Origin: an uncultured delta proteobacterium
Lineage (GTDB): Bacteria; Desulfobacterota; Binatia; HRBIN30
DNA length: 64,000 nucleotides
NCBI GenBank assembly: GCA_963729835.1
Contig: CAVSQF010000039.1
Location: 295,486-359,485, forward strand
Direction: 5' to 3'
Shown here: piece after piece, positions 36,492-48,307 of the stretch
Layout of the letters: every line of letters begins with the position of its first letter
Numbering within the stretch: position 1 is the first letter of the stretch
Notes under the pieces: model-generated
Told to the model about the DNA's origin: nothing
Databases searched by the model: none
Seen by the model: the letters and a program-made list of their open reading frames with translations, nothing else
Made by a program: the position numbers and the translations under genes

Positions 36492-37153
36492 TACTGCCCC
36501 ACGGGTGCGGTAATCACGTCGACGCCAGGTGGCGGCTGAAACACGAATCGATCATCGTTGATGCCGCGATTGCGTTCAATGTGATCGAACTGCAGCCGTG
36601 TGACGTTCCCTAACGGGTCGTGCACTTCGGCGCCACGGATGTCGAAATTGTCGCGCTCCACGGTCAGACGCAAGTGCCCCACCGCCTCACTGTGCCGCCG
36701 CGGCACCAGGTTCAGGTACAGGTATTTCTTGTCGGCGCTCTCGCCCGCCAAGCTGGCGTCGAAGTCATCCGCGATGCGCCCGACCCCGGTGAGAAACGAG
36801 ATCGGGGTCACCGAACGGAACGCCGCGTCGAACGGTGTCCGCAGGACTTGTTGTTCCTTGGGTTGATACAGCCACAGTGTGGTGCCATCGGCGACGATCA
36901 CTTGCGGATCGCCGCCGTCGAGCTCCCAGCGCATTTTCCCAGGCTTCTTGAACATCACCGTGCCGCGGGCAGTCGTTGTTTTTCCGAGGCTGGCGATGGT
37001 CATTTCCTGCGTCACGTCCGCAGTGAGATCGCGCGTGGCGTCGTAGCGCACTTGCACGTTGCGGACGATGTCCTTCACGCCCAAGCCGCGGGCGCCGCAG
37101 AGCAGCACGGCGAGTGCCAGGAGGAGAATCCGAAGGCCGTTCTTCTCAGTCAT
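36491..37153 (-). CDS. lolA: Outer membrane lipoprotein carrier LolA
   Basis: FKKPGKMRWE, IVADGTTLWLY, FQPPPGVDVI; downstream of ftsK. Confidence 0.9.
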   Translation of the reverse strand: MTEKNGLRILLLALAVLLCGARGLGVKDIVRNVQVRYDATRDLTADVTQEMTIASLGKTTTARGTVMFKKPGKMRWELDGGDPQVIVADGTTLWLYQPKEQQVLRTPFDAAFRSVTPISFLTGVGRIADDFDASLAGESADKKYLYLNLVPRRHSEAVGHLRLTVERDNFDIRGAEVHDPLGNVTRLQFDHIERNRGINDDRFVFQPPPGVDVITAPVGQ

Positions 37154-37244
37154 CAGTCACATGTCCTCCGCAGCCGCCTAGCGTCCAGCGGTCGAAGGGC
37201 ACCCAACGGGGAGCGGTCCCGCCGGATTGACGCCGGGCGCAGCC

Positions 37245-39450
37245 CTAATCCTCCTCGATAGGCGGCGCCAAGACCTCACGTTGGCGGCCGCCCTCGCTGG
37301 TGCTGACAACGCCTTCGCGCTCCATCCGTTCAACCATGCGGGCGGCGCGGTTGTAGCCGACGCGCAGCCGGCGCTGCACCCAGGAGATCGACGCCTGGCG
37401 GGTCTCGGTCACCATGCGCACCGCTTGGTCGTACATGACGTCGTCGTAATCGTCATCAGTGCCGACGCCGTTCTCATCAGCATCGTTGCTTTCGAGCAGA
37501 TCGAGGGCGTATTGCGGCGCGGCCTGACGCTTGGCGAAAGCGGTCACCCTGCGGATCTCCGCTTCGGAGACGAAGGCCCCGTGCAACCGCTGCACCCGAG
37601 CGGTGCCGGGCGGCAGATACAGCATGTCGCCATCGCCGAGCAACCGCTCCGCCCCGATACAGTCCAAGATCGTGCGCGAATCGACGCGGGCCGTCACTTG
37701 GAAAGAAACCCGTGCCGGGAAATTCGCCTTGATTAGACCGGTGATGACATCCACCGACGGCCGCTGCGTCGCCAGGATCAGGTGAATGCCGGCGGCGCGC
37801 GCCTTCTGTGCCAAGCGCGTGATCGACTCCTCGACATCGCGGCCCACGGTCATCATCAGATCCGCCAGCTCGTCGATGATGATCACGATCTTCGGCAAGT
37901 GCTCGTGATGGATCTGCTCCGCAGGTTGCGCAGGTGCCGCAGCCGTCTCGCCATCGCCGAGTGCATCGGTCAGCTCGATGACGTCGTATTCGGCCTCACA
38001 CTGCAGTACGTGATTGTAACTGTCGATATTGCGGACGCCTTTCTCTTTGAGCTGGCGGTAGCGCTGATCCATTTGTTCGGTCAGGTTTTTCAGCACCGGT
38101 CACCGCTGTCTTTGGATCGGTGACGACGGGCACCAGCAGGTGCGGCAGGCCTTCGTAGAGTGACAGCTCGAGCATCTTGAGATCGATCATGACGAAGCGC
38201 ACGTCGCGCGGCGACGATTTGTACAAGATGCTCATGATCATGGCATTCAGCGACACCGACTTCCCGGTGCCGGTGGCGCCGGCAATGAGCAGGTGCGGCA
38301 TGCGGGCGAGGTCGGCAACCAGCGGGCTGCCGACGCTGTCCTTGCCCAACGCAATCGACAGCATCGACGCCGACTCGACAAACGGCTGGCTCTCGATGAT
38401 TTCCTTCAGAAACACCTGTTCGCGTTTTGGATTGGCGACCTCGATACCGACCACAGCCTTCCCCGGCACCGGCGCGAGGATGCGCACGCTGACGGCGCGC
38501 AAGGCCATCGCCAGATCGTCCTGCAACGTGGCGATCCGGTTCACCTTCACCCCGGGGGCGGGTTCGATCTCGAAGGTCGTGATCACCGGGCCCGGCCGCA
38601 CGGCAACGACCTTCCCCTCAATGCCGAAGTTGGCCAGCTTGTTTTCGAGGATCTCCGAGCTCTTGCGCAGCGCTTCTTGATCGAAGCGCAGCACGCTGTG
38701 GCGCGGCGTGTCCAGCAGGCTCAGCGATGGAGTCTGGTAGCTGTCACCGCCGAAAAACGGCAGCATCCCTTGGACGGGACGGGGGACCTTGTGTTCAGGG
38801 ACGATCGCGGCCTCGTCACCCAGCACGATGATTGGGCTGGAATCGTCCGCGGGGGCCGGCTCGCGTCTGCGGTTGACGACCGTCCGTCGCCCCGCGGATT
38901 TCTCACGCCACTCGCTGGCGACCGTGCGGATTCGCGCCACGGCCCCAGTGGTTCTCGTCCGGAGTGAGGAGCCCGTCGTGAACATCAAGGTGAGCAGAAA
39001 CAGGACGCCGGCAACCACGTACGCCCCCAAGGAGCCGCACGCCTCGTGCAGCATACTGCCCAGGAACCCACCGAGCCAGCCGCCGGCGTGCACCACGTCG
39101 TTGTGGTGCAGGAGCAAGCCCATCATGACGGCCACACTCAGCACTAACAGCACAGCAGCGAGGGCGCGCGCCGCCGTGATCTCGTGCAGCCGGGATTGAA
39201 ACAGGCGGGTTGCGAGGCCCGCAAACAGCGCCGGCAGCAGGTACACCGCCAGCCCGAAGGTTTGCAGCAGCACGCTCGACAGCCCGTAGCCGACGGGTCC
39301 GCCGAGGTTTCCTCTGAGATCGCCTGGTTGAAAGGACAGGAAGCTCAGCAGGGCAAAGACCGCCGCTGCCAGGGACACGACACCCGCAACTTCGTTGAGA
39401 AGCTGCGAGGTCTCCCCTTCCTCCGACTCGCCGCACCACCGCTCCGTTGC
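37245..39450 (-). CDS. ftsK: DNA translocase FtsK, frameshifted near 38097; start approximate
   Basis: 4TM N-terminal domain, PHLLIAGATGTGKS, IIIDELADLM, ATQRPSVDVITG, gamma domain SWVQRRLRVGYNRAAR. Confidence 0.93.
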
Positions 39451-39458
39451 GCCCCACG

Positions 39459-41128
39459 CTACATCTCCATGACGAACGGCACGATCACCGGCCGCCGCTC
39501 CAACGTTTTCGCAAAGTACCGTTTCAAGGCCTTGCGGACCTCTTCCTTCACTTCCAGTGAGTCGGTGCGCGACTCCAAGGTGATCTGCTGCAATGCCTCG
39601 AGGCACGACCCCCTTGGCGCGCTGCAGGTAGTCTTGGCCGCCTTCTTCGATGAAGCCCCGGGAGATGAGGTCCGGCCCGGCAATGACCTCGCCACTGTGC
39701 TGGTCCAACGCCAGGATCGCGACCACGAGACCGTCCGATGAGAGATGGCGCCGGTCGCGCAGCACCACGTCCTCGACGTCGCCGATGCCCTTGCCGTCGA
39801 CGAACACCCGCCCCGCCTGGATCGGCTCGGCGAGCCGCGCGCCGCTCGCAGCGATCTCCAGGACATCCCCATCCTCGAGGCAGAAACGTGGAGTCCGGCG
39901 ACATGCCGACAGAGAGCGCCAGGTCGCGATGGCACACCAGATGGCGGTACTCGCCGTGCACCGGAACGAAGTAGCGTGGGTGCACGACGCGCAGCATCAG
40001 CTTGAGCTCCTCCTGGCTGGCGTGGCCCGACACGTGCACGTCGGCGCTGCCGGCGTGATGGACGCGCGCCCCACGCCGGTACATGTGGTTGATCATGCCG
40101 CTGATCGATTTCTCGTTGCCGGGGATGATGCGCGAGGAGAGAATGACGGCATCGTCCGGCTGCATCTGGACCTGCGAGTGATCCCCCACCGCGATGCGAA
40201 TGAGCGCCGAGAGCGGCTCGCCTTGGCTGCCGGTGGTGAGCAAGGTCATGCGGCCGGGGTCCAGCGTCTTCAGCTCGCTGATGTCCGCAAACAACGATGG
40301 CGGGAACTGCAGGTAGCCCAGCCCCGAGGCGATCTTGATGCTGGTGTTGAGGCTGCGGCCGACGGTGATCACGCGGCGCCCGTAGCGCTGCGACAGCTCC
40401 AGCACCTGCGCCAAGCGGTGGACGTGCGAGGAGAAGGTGGAGAAGAAGATCTTTCCCTGGGTCGAACTGAAGATGCGATCGAGGTCGCCGTACACCGCGC
40501 GCTCCGAGGGCGTGTAGCCTTCGCGTTCCGCGTTGGTCGAATCCGACAGCAGGAGTAAGACGCCGCGTGCGGCGTACGCTGCCAGGCAGTGGAGGTCGGA
40601 GGCCACGCCGCCAATCGGCGTCTGGTCGAACTTGAAGTCGCCGGTATGGATGACCGTCCCCACCGGTGTGGTGATGGCAAGTGCCACCGCGTCGACGATC
40701 GAGTGGGTCATGTGGACCGCTTCGATGCCGAACGGCCCCATCTGCCATGGCCGCCGCGGCCGGAAGACTTCGAGCCGCGTGTGCTCGATCAAGTTGTGCT
40801 CGCGCAGCTTCTCCGTGATGAGACCGGCGGCCATCGGTGTGGCGAAAACGGGCGCGTGGATCTCGCGCAGGAGGTAGGGCAACGCCCCGATGTGGTCCTC
40901 GTGCCCGTGCGTCACCACGAACCCCAGGAAGCGCTCCCCGAGGCGCTGCAAGTAATTCAAATCGGGAATGACCAGATCGATCCCGAGCATGTGCAGCTCG
41001 GGGAACATCAGGCCGCAATCGATGGCAATCGCGGCATCGCCGTATTCGAGCAGCAAACAGTTCAGGCCGATCTCACCCAGTCCCCCGAAAGGAATGACGC
41101 GCAACGCGCCGCTGCCGTTAGCGCCCAC
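39459..41128 (-). CDS. rnj: Ribonuclease J, frameshifts near 39880 and 39600
   Basis: GGLGEIGLN, THGHEDHIG, HTGDFK, HVSGHAS, VHGEYRH; C-terminus RRPVIVPFVMEM is spread over three frames. Confidence 0.93.
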
Positions 41129-41297
41129 GCTGACGCCTCACATTCTGTCTGTGCCGAGCGGCCAAACCGAGAATGGAATTGCTGCGATCACAGCCCACGA
41201 GCCCCAACCTCTTCAACACCACAACGCGGATGATAGCCCTCGACGGTCCATCGAGTCAACGTAACGGGGAGGGGCAACGGCGTCGCCGGTTCGCGGC

Positions 41298-41399
41298 ATG
41301 CCCACTCCGCGTGAACGAAAGCCCGGTCGACTGAAAGAGCGCACTCGCATCGGCAAGGACTTCGACGCGCCGCTGCCGACTGGCCGGATGAACCCGTAA
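41298..41399 (+). pseudogene. Antitoxin C-terminal remnant (Phd/DUF2281-like)
   Basis: RERKPGRLKERTRIGKDFDAPLP matches the RxPGxLKG...DFDAPLP tail typical of these antitoxins; no partner toxin. Confidence 0.5.
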
Positions 41400-41484
41400 C
41401 CCCAGGCAGGTGCGCGGTGCCGCCCGATGTGCTAGACGCAAAAAGGGATGGGGGCGAACACCCTGGAGTCCAGGGGGAGCGGCC

Positions 41485-43026
41485 TCAACTCATTCGTTGC
41501 CATGAACGGCGCAGGTTTTTGGCTTTCTGGTACACGTGCAGCATCAAGTCTACAGTTGACGGCGCCTTGTTCCTCACCTTCTTCGTCAGCTCCAGCATGA
41601 ACGTCCCACGCCACACCAGCCGGCGCACCATGGCGGCGGCGGCCGGATCGTGGGGTCCGGCTTCTATCAACGCGTCGATCGTGGGGCTCGTTCGCATCGG
41701 GAGAATGTATTTGATCAGGCCGCGCCAGTACTCCGGCGTGTAGTAGGCATCGGGGCGGGTAGCTCTGTACACCGAGCCGTACGCGTCGGCGGCGAACCGG
41801 TCAAGGAGCCCGTCCCGGACGACGCGATCGTAGAAGGGGGTGCCCGGAAACGGCGTCATCGAGTACGCCAGGAGCCGGAACGGCCGCGGCAGCCGATTGA
41901 GGGTCCGCGCCACCTCCCTCAAATCCTCCTCCGTCTCGTATACACAGTCCAGAATGACATCGACCATGTAGAGGATGTTCAGCTCCGTCATTGTCTGGCA
42001 AACCTTCACGAAGTTCTCCGCGGTTTCGTTCCGATTGTAGTACTCCCGGTTCAGCCGATCCGACCCCTGCAGGCCGATGGACACGTAGGAAAGCCCCGCC
42101 TCCTTCAGGATCATCAGACGTTCGCGCGTCGCGAAGCGCGGCATGATTCTGATGATCAGCGGCCAGTTGAATTCGGCCTTCGCCCGCGCGCAGAACTCCT
42201 TCAGCCACTGGTCCGATCCCATGAAGAACGAGTCGTCCATGACGTTGATTCCCTTGGTGAACGGGAGCACCGTCTTCGCATAGCGGAGCTCAGCGAGCGA
42301 GTACTCGACCGAGGTCCTTCGGACCCGCTGGCGGTTGTCGTTGCAGCAGTACGAGCATCGGTAAGGACAGCCCCGTGCCGTGGTCAGGTAGTAGAACTTG
42401 CCTCTCGCCGTCACGAGATCTCGATACAAGTCGAGCGTGATGTTCTTGAGCGTTCCGTCGTAGTCGATCAGGAACCACGTGTTCAGCTCGTAGTCCGGAA
42501 ACGGCAGCGAGTCGAGCGGAAGCGCCGCCTCCTTCAGGATAGGGTTCCGCTGGATCTCGCCGTCTCGCCGGTAGACCAAGCCACCGATGGTGGAGACGTC
42601 CTTCCCTTGAAGCAGTTCGACCAGCGCAAGCTCGCCGGGTCCGGCGACAACGTAATCGACGCCGTCGCTGAGGGTCTCCTCCGGCCGCAGCGTCGGATGG
42701 ATTCCCCCCACGATGATCTTCCCCGTCCACTTGTTAGCGCGCAGGAATGACACCGCCGCGTGAAACTGCCGCAGGTCGTTCGTCATCAAGGAAAAGCCGG
42801 CCCACTCCGTGTGTGTGTCCACCAGCGACTGAAGAAGGTTCTTCAGCTGCGGTTCCGTCAATTCCGTCAATTTGTCGACGCGAGCGTTCGAGAACGACCC
42901 GCGAGATCGCTTCACGATGTGCAGCAGTTGCGTCGATATCCCTTTCGACTTGGCGTAGGCGGCCAGGTAGCGCACGGTGATGCCGCCGATCGCTTCGGCA
43001 AAGGTGACGAGGGTCAGCGTAGCCAT
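41485..43026 (-). CDS. B12-binding radical SAM protein
   Basis: VGGIHPT (cobalamin-binding), RGCPYRCSYC (CxxxCxxC). Confidence 0.92.
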   Translation of the reverse strand: MATLTLVTFAEAIGGITVRYLAAYAKSKGISTQLLHIVKRSRGSFSNARVDKLTELTEPQLKNLLQSLVDTHTEWAGFSLMTNDLRQFHAAVSFLRANKWTGKIIVGGIHPTLRPEETLSDGVDYVVAGPGELALVELLQGKDVSTIGGLVYRRDGEIQRNPILKEAALPLDSLPFPDYELNTWFLIDYDGTLKNITLDLYRDLVTARGKFYYLTTARGCPYRCSYCCNDNRQRVRRTSVEYSLAELRYAKTVLPFTKGINVMDDSFFMGSDQWLKEFCARAKAEFNWPLIIRIMPRFATRERLMILKEAGLSYVSIGLQGSDRLNREYYNRNETAENFVKVCQTMTELNILYMVDVILDCVYETEEDLREVARTLNRLPRPFRLLAYSMTPFPGTPFYDRVVRDGLLDRFAADAYGSVYRATRPDAYYTPEYWRGLIKYILPMRTSPTIDALIEAGPHDPAAAAMVRRLVWRGTFMLELTKKVRNKAPSTVDLMLHVYQKAKNLRRSWQRMS

Positions 43027-43353
43027 TCAAATTTCCTATTCATCGAACGTTCCCACACGCCTCTCGAAAATCCAAAAATTTTCAGCGTAGCCCCCGTATA
43101 CGTCGCAGATAAACGGACAGTCAAGCGTTTTTGCAAGGCCGGCGGGCCAGGCCTATCAGCCTTGCCGAGAACGCCCGGGCAATCGAGTCGTACAACGCCA
43201 CCGCGGCGCGCGACGGGATTTTCAGCGATCGATTTTGTTTTCCATTTTCCCCGTACCCGCGGCGGCCGCGCGCGCCAGTCCGAAACGGGTTTCCCCAAAG
43301 AGGGTAGCGGGCTCGCCGCTAAAGGGCTAACCTCCGGCGCGAGGTCCAAGAGT

Positions 43354-44229
43354 ATGCAGCCCACTTCGACGGTGCGCACGGACATGCCCGAAAACGCGGG
43401 CGCTTTCACGGACGGCTTCTTCCGGAGATTCACGCTGCGGCCGCACGCGCTCAAGCTCGAGGACGGCATCCGCAAGACCTACCAGTTTCCGACCTTGTAC
43501 GCCGACGTGGGGTGCGCGATCGGGATCTTTTTCTGCGACTACGACGCGGCCCAGGCGCTGATGCCGCATCCGGCGATCGTTCCGGTACGGATGCCTTTGC
43601 GCCGCTCGCTGGTGATTTTTTCCTGCTACGAGTACCGGCAGGTCCACGAGGTGTGGCCCTACAACGAGATCGCCATGACGATCCCCGTGATGGCCAATGC
43701 CCGCTTCCGCCCGCCGGTCGTGCCCATGATCCTGAGCTCGCTGTTCGGGCGCTTTGGCTACCATGTGTTCCATATGCCGGTCACCTCGCGCGAAAACCAG
43801 CTGCGCGGTAACCGGCTCTGGGGACTGCCCAAGGTCACCGAGCGCGTGGATATCGAAAGACAAGGCTCCGATTGCATGACCACGGCGTTTGAGCCGGACG
43901 GGACGCCGTATTTTACCCTGCGGGTGCCGACTGAGGGCGGGAAGCGGACGCGGTTTGACGTGAGCGGGCACCTCTATTCGCGACTGGGCTCGCGGATTCT
44001 CAAATCCCCGACCTGGTTCCAGGGCGAGTTCAGCGTGATCAAGCATCCACAAGGCCTCTGGAAACCCCGAATCACCCCGGAGCGTGAGTATTTGAAACTC
44101 GGTGCGGGGCCGGGGGCGGAAAAGCTCCGGCAGCTCGGGATCGAACCCGAGCCGTTCCAGTTGCGCTACACGCCGAGCATGAGCGCCGCCTTCGACCTGC
44201 CTCTCGATGGCTTTCAGATCGAGAGGTAA
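43354..44229 (+). CDS. Acetoacetate decarboxylase family protein
   Basis: YEYRQV, PYNEIAM, GNRLWGLPK (Schiff-base Lys motif). Confidence 0.8.
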   Translation: MQPTSTVRTDMPENAGAFTDGFFRRFTLRPHALKLEDGIRKTYQFPTLYADVGCAIGIFFCDYDAAQALMPHPAIVPVRMPLRRSLVIFSCYEYRQVHEVWPYNEIAMTIPVMANARFRPPVVPMILSSLFGRFGYHVFHMPVTSRENQLRGNRLWGLPKVTERVDIERQGSDCMTTAFEPDGTPYFTLRVPTEGGKRTRFDVSGHLYSRLGSRILKSPTWFQGEFSVIKHPQGLWKPRITPEREYLKLGAGPGAEKLRQLGIEPEPFQLRYTPSMSAAFDLPLDGFQIER

Positions 44230-44232
44230 CCC

Positions 44233-45273
44233 ATGAAAGAGAATCCGAATATCGTGGTTTTCGGTGCGGGGGCGGTGGGGTCGACCTTGGGCGGCTGGCT
44301 CAGCTCCGTTCACCCGAACGTCTGGCTGATCGATCTGCCGCCGGTCGTGGAGGCACTCCAACGCCGCGGACTGACCCTGTATCAGGGCACACCCGAGGAG
44401 CGTTCATCGGCCGCTCAGCTGCGCGTGGATGTGAAAGCGGCGAGTAGTCTGCGCGAAATCCCGGCTCCTGATCTCGTGATCATCGCGGTCAAGACCTACA
44501 GCCTCGAGAAAGTTGCGCGCGTGATCCGCGATGCGCTGGGCGATGGGCCCCTGATCGTGGCGGTGCAGAACGGCGTGGATAATCAGACGATCCTGCCGAA
44601 GTATTTTTCGCGCGTGCTTTACGGGATCATAGCCTACAACTGCTGGCTCGATGAGCCGGGGGTTGCCGGGTTCCAGAAGCGGGGGCCCGTCGTGCTCGGG
44701 ACCCCGGACGGCCGGTTCCAGGCCGAAGCGCACTCGGTCGCCGGATTGCTCACCCGCGCCGTCGAGACGGTGGTGACGGAGCACTTCGGGGATGCGGTGT
44801 ACTCGAAGATGGTCATCAACCTGACCAATTCCCTGCAGGCGCTCATCGGCCATCCACTGAGGCCAGTTTCCGACGAAAAGATCTTCCAGCGGATACTGAC
44901 CCGTCTGACCTACGAAGGCACGACCATCGTCCGTGCGGCCGGCTATCGCGAGTGCCGGCTGGGCGGGATGCCGTCGTGGCGTCTGATGTGGGCGGCCGCG
45001 CACCTGCCGCAGTGGCTGACCCGCGGCGCTTTCCGCCGCAACGTGAAGAAGATGGTGATCAGCAGCATGGCGCAGGACGTGGTCCAGCGCGGCAGTGCCG
45101 AGAGCGAGATCGAGACCTTGAACGGCCGCCTCATCGCGCTGGCCGATGCCCACGGGCTCGCGGTGCCCGTCAATCGCGCGATCTACCGCCTTTGCCGGGA
45201 GCGCTTCGGCAAACCCGGGTTTCAACCGCTGGCAATCGAGGAGGTGTGGGCGGAGGTCCAGCGGCAGGGCTAA
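44233..45273 (+). CDS. Ketopantoate reductase family protein
   Basis: VFGAGAVG, IAVKTY, VQNGV, SSMAQD, EIETLNG. Confidence 0.88.
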   Translation: MKENPNIVVFGAGAVGSTLGGWLSSVHPNVWLIDLPPVVEALQRRGLTLYQGTPEERSSAAQLRVDVKAASSLREIPAPDLVIIAVKTYSLEKVARVIRDALGDGPLIVAVQNGVDNQTILPKYFSRVLYGIIAYNCWLDEPGVAGFQKRGPVVLGTPDGRFQAEAHSVAGLLTRAVETVVTEHFGDAVYSKMVINLTNSLQALIGHPLRPVSDEKIFQRILTRLTYEGTTIVRAAGYRECRLGGMPSWRLMWAAAHLPQWLTRGAFRRNVKKMVISSMAQDVVQRGSAESEIETLNGRLIALADAHGLAVPVNRAIYRLCRERFGKPGFQPLAIEEVWAEVQRQG

Positions 45274-45325
45274 AGCGCAGTGGGCGCTGACTTGCTGATC
45301 ATCGGTCGGACCTGATAAATGGGGT

Positions 45326-45904
45326 ATGATGACACAAGCGGTAACCGTTGAGACGCGCTACACGGTGGAGCGCTACTTCGAGTTGGTCGGTGCTGGCGTG
45401 CTGCGCCCCGACGATCGGGTGGAGCTGCTGGAGGGGGTGATCGTTGCGATGTCTCCACAGAACCCGCCACACGCTTCGGCGATAACTCGAGCGTCCCGAG
45501 TACTCGATCGCGTGGTCGGGGATCGGGCCGTCGTCCGCGTCCAAATGCCGCTGATCATCGGCACCTATTCTGTTCCGGAACCGGACGTCGCCGTCGTACC
45601 GGGAACGGACGCTGACTACGACGGCGCGCACCCAACCACGGCGCTACTCATCGTCGAGGTGGCTGACACTTCGCTCTTGCAGGACCGCCTCACGAAAGCA
45701 GCGGTGTACGCCGCCGCCGGCATTCCCGAGTACTGGCTCATGAACCTGCGTGGCGATTGCATCGAGGTGTTCCGGGCACCCGATCCCAAGACGGCCCGCT
45801 ACGCCGAAACGCGCACCCTGCGACGCGGCGAGCAGATCGATCTGATCGCGTTCCCCGACGCGAGGGTGAATCTCGACGATCTGCTCCCCGGCCAGCAACG
45901 GTAG
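45326..45904 (+). CDS. Uma2 family endonuclease
   Basis: RVELLEG, PEPDVAV, LIVEVADTS, YAAAGIPEYW. Confidence 0.93.
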   Translation: MMTQAVTVETRYTVERYFELVGAGVLRPDDRVELLEGVIVAMSPQNPPHASAITRASRVLDRVVGDRAVVRVQMPLIIGTYSVPEPDVAVVPGTDADYDGAHPTTALLIVEVADTSLLQDRLTKAAVYAAAGIPEYWLMNLRGDCIEVFRAPDPKTARYAETRTLRRGEQIDLIAFPDARVNLDDLLPGQQR

Positions 45905-46149
45905 CTGCAAGCCCGCACGGGAATTCAGTGTCTTGCGGCGGTCCGACCCCGAGATTGCACAGGCCTTGGTGATTCATGGATCTCACTCCCAATGAACTCG
46001 CGTTACCGGGCGAACATCCGCACGGCCTCGGCAACGCCAGACCACCGCAGCACGCTTAGAGTCCGGCGGCAAAACCAACTCGCCTTCGAGGTCCAACGCA
46101 CCGCTCCGGAACGTGACTCTCATGTGGTTGAGCGGGTTCAGCAATGGCA

Positions 46150-46347
46150 TCAGCCCGTCACGGCGTACTCAAGCGACCGCGGGTTCTCTATTTGCTTCGA
46201 AGCGTCCAAGATTTCCAGGCCGACAACATTGCCGTGCTTGTCGTAATCGAGGATCACTCCCGGCTTATCTTCGTCGCTCTCCTCAATGGGTACGTTGCTG
46301 AAAACGATCCGCAGGACGTCCACTGCCGGGTCGTAGGTTACCTTCAT
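46150..46347 (-). CDS. DUF2283 family protein (putative antitoxin)
   Basis: MKVTYDPAVDVLRI...GVILDYDKHGNVVGLEILDAS. Confidence 0.9.
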   Translation of the reverse strand: MKVTYDPAVDVLRIVFSNVPIEESDEDKPGVILDYDKHGNVVGLEILDASKQIENPRSLEYAVTG

Positions 46348-46609
46348 GTCTTCCTCCAATACTTACCGATCTTGCTGGCCCGATAGGTCGTCACCACGGT
46401 TGCCGGGTCGGCGCTCTCATCAACAATCACCCGGACGAGGAAAATCTTACCATGAAATCCACCTGCGACTGGTAAGCTTTTCGCCCGCGCCGTTCCAGCA
46501 CAGTCTGTTGCGGCTGTTGGAGAACAGCATCGAGCACCTCGCGCGGAATCCCACGGCGCGCTGCTTCCTGCTGCGCGTGGTCCGAAATGTGGAACTGCCG
46601 GTCCGCCAT
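46344..46609 (-). CDS. DUF4258 family putative RelE-like toxin, frameshifted near 46455
   Basis: ISDHAQQEAARRGI...KAYQSQVDF, then shifted frame GKIFLVRVIVDESADPATVVTTYRASKIGKYW. Confidence 0.8.
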
Positions 46610-46961
46610 TACTTTCACTGTCCAACGCAGCTTGCAGTAATAGATCGCTTCCTTCGTTGCTCTCGCCGCTACGCATGCGCTCCGAGTGGCCGCAAGTCAA
46701 ATGTCGGCGCCGCGATCACGCGCCGTCCCCTGTGCTGGTGGTGCGGTACATCGAGTTTCGGCCAACGGCCGGGAAAATATTCAAGCGGACAGCACAGCCA
46801 TCAAAAGACGCCGTGCCAGGCATGACCGCCCCACGCACGTGTGCTACATGCAGCTGCAATGAGGCAGTGGCGGTTGCAAGCGCCCATCTTTCAGCAACGA
46901 GAGTGGTTCTGTTGGCGACCTCGCAGCATCAGGGAGGGCATGCGGGGTACGGCGCTGTCGA

Positions 46962-47843
46962 ATGTCTGAAGCGACGCCGGAACAGCTCGGTGGCCTGCAG
47001 CAGCAGGTGGAATCTCAGGCACCGGACGCGGCGCATTCTCTTCGCGTGCTGTCGTGGAATGTACACGGGCTGCCGTTCCAGTCGTCTACGATGACGCGTC
47101 TGCAACGGATCGGCGGGAAGATCCGAGAGTTGCGCCCCGACGTGGTACTCCTGCAGGAGGTGTGGTTCGGAATGTATGCGCGCGCCCTTCGCCGCGCGCT
47201 CCAGGCAGAGTACGAGGCGGTCTCCGCAGCGCGCCGGATCACTCGCTGGCCGCGGGGTGGCTTGCTTGCGTTCATCCGCCGCCGCAGCGGATGGGTGGCA
47301 GTGGACTGGACGTTCGTTCGCTACGAGGCGCGGGCGCCGTGGTACCACATCGCCGAAGGAGACGGGATTGCGGGCAAGGGGGCGTTGGCGGTCGAGTTGC
47401 GTCGTGGCCGCCAGAGCCTTACGGTGGTGGATACTCACCTCCAGGCGCAGTACCCACACTGGGGGCGTCGCTACCCGCGCCAGCGACAGGCCCAGTTACA
47501 ACAGCTCAACCGGTTCTTGGATCGCAGTTTCGCGGCCGCCGCTGTGTTGATCGCGGGCGACTTCAATACCAGTACCAGCGACGACCCATGTGCATCGGCA
47601 CTGGCTCCGGTCGGGCGTGACCTCACTGTGGAAGAGCGAAACAGCTGTCGGCGCGGCACGCACTTTGACACCGCCAGCGGGCACAACGAGTGGATCGACT
47701 ACGTCATGGTCCGCAATGTCAACGTGCACGCCGAGGTCGAGCGGATCGAGAACACCGGTGCCGACCGCCCGTACTCGGACCACGACGGCATCTTGGTCCG
47801 GTTGACGTACGACGGCGGGCAACTGCAGCGCGGCACGCTGTGA
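46962..47843 (+). CDS. Endonuclease/exonuclease/phosphatase (EEP) family protein
   Basis: VLSWNV, LQEVW, THLQA, AGDFN, IDYV, YSDHDG. Confidence 0.9.
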   Translation: MSEATPEQLGGLQQQVESQAPDAAHSLRVLSWNVHGLPFQSSTMTRLQRIGGKIRELRPDVVLLQEVWFGMYARALRRALQAEYEAVSAARRITRWPRGGLLAFIRRRSGWVAVDWTFVRYEARAPWYHIAEGDGIAGKGALAVELRRGRQSLTVVDTHLQAQYPHWGRRYPRQRQAQLQQLNRFLDRSFAAAAVLIAGDFNTSTSDDPCASALAPVGRDLTVEERNSCRRGTHFDTASGHNEWIDYVMVRNVNVHAEVERIENTGADRPYSDHDGILVRLTYDGGQLQRGTL

Positions 47844-48041
47844 AGGACGGCGTCACGTTACGGTTGCAGCCGTCAGCCTAATCGGGTATGTGTACTTTCA
47901 GTTACACCGGCAGGTTCGGCAAACGGTTTCGTCAGGCTGCGAGCCTCACCAGGCTTGCAGGCTGGTTCTTAGGCACAGTACCACCGCCCTTTGACATGCA
48001 GCGCCCCCGGTTGACGAGTCTAAGCAAAGGAGGGAACGCTC

Positions 48042-48242
48042 ATGGCACAAGGGACCGTGAAATGGTTCAACCCTGAAAAAGGGTTCGGCTTCATCCGGCA
48101 AGAGAACGGCGAAGATGTCTTCGTCCACTACTCTTCGATCGCCGGCGATGGCTTCAAGAGTCTTGAAGAGGGCCAGCGGGTGCAATTCGATGTCACCCCA
48201 GGCCGCAAGGGACCACAAGCAAGCAACGTCAGCAAGGTCTGA
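48042..48242 (+). CDS. csp: Cold-shock protein
   Basis: [15 protein letters not shown]...DVFVHYS...KGPQASNV. Confidence 0.97.
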   Translation: MAQGTVKWFNPEKGFGFIRQENGEDVFVHYSSIAGDGFKSLEEGQRVQFDVTPGRKGPQASNVSKV

Positions 48243-48264
48243 GTAAACCGACCTTGTTTGATTG

Positions 48265-48307
48265 CAGAACGCCCTGCCGGGTTAACCCGGCGGGGCGTTC
48301 TGGTTTG
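48265..48307 (+). terminator. Putative intrinsic terminator after csp
   Basis: Long hairpin CAGAACGCCCTGCCGGG-TTAA-CCCGGCGGGGCGTTCTG; weak U tract. Confidence 0.6.

Noticed and set aside
37245-41128. ftsK and rnj as true pseudogenes or programmed frameshifts
   Set aside because: Core genes with otherwise intact motifs and no slippery sites; sequencing error is more parsimonious
42760-43353. N-terminal 198 aa of ORF 42760-44229
   Set aside because: Overlaps the divergent radical SAM gene and its promoter region; the real start is probably 43354 or later
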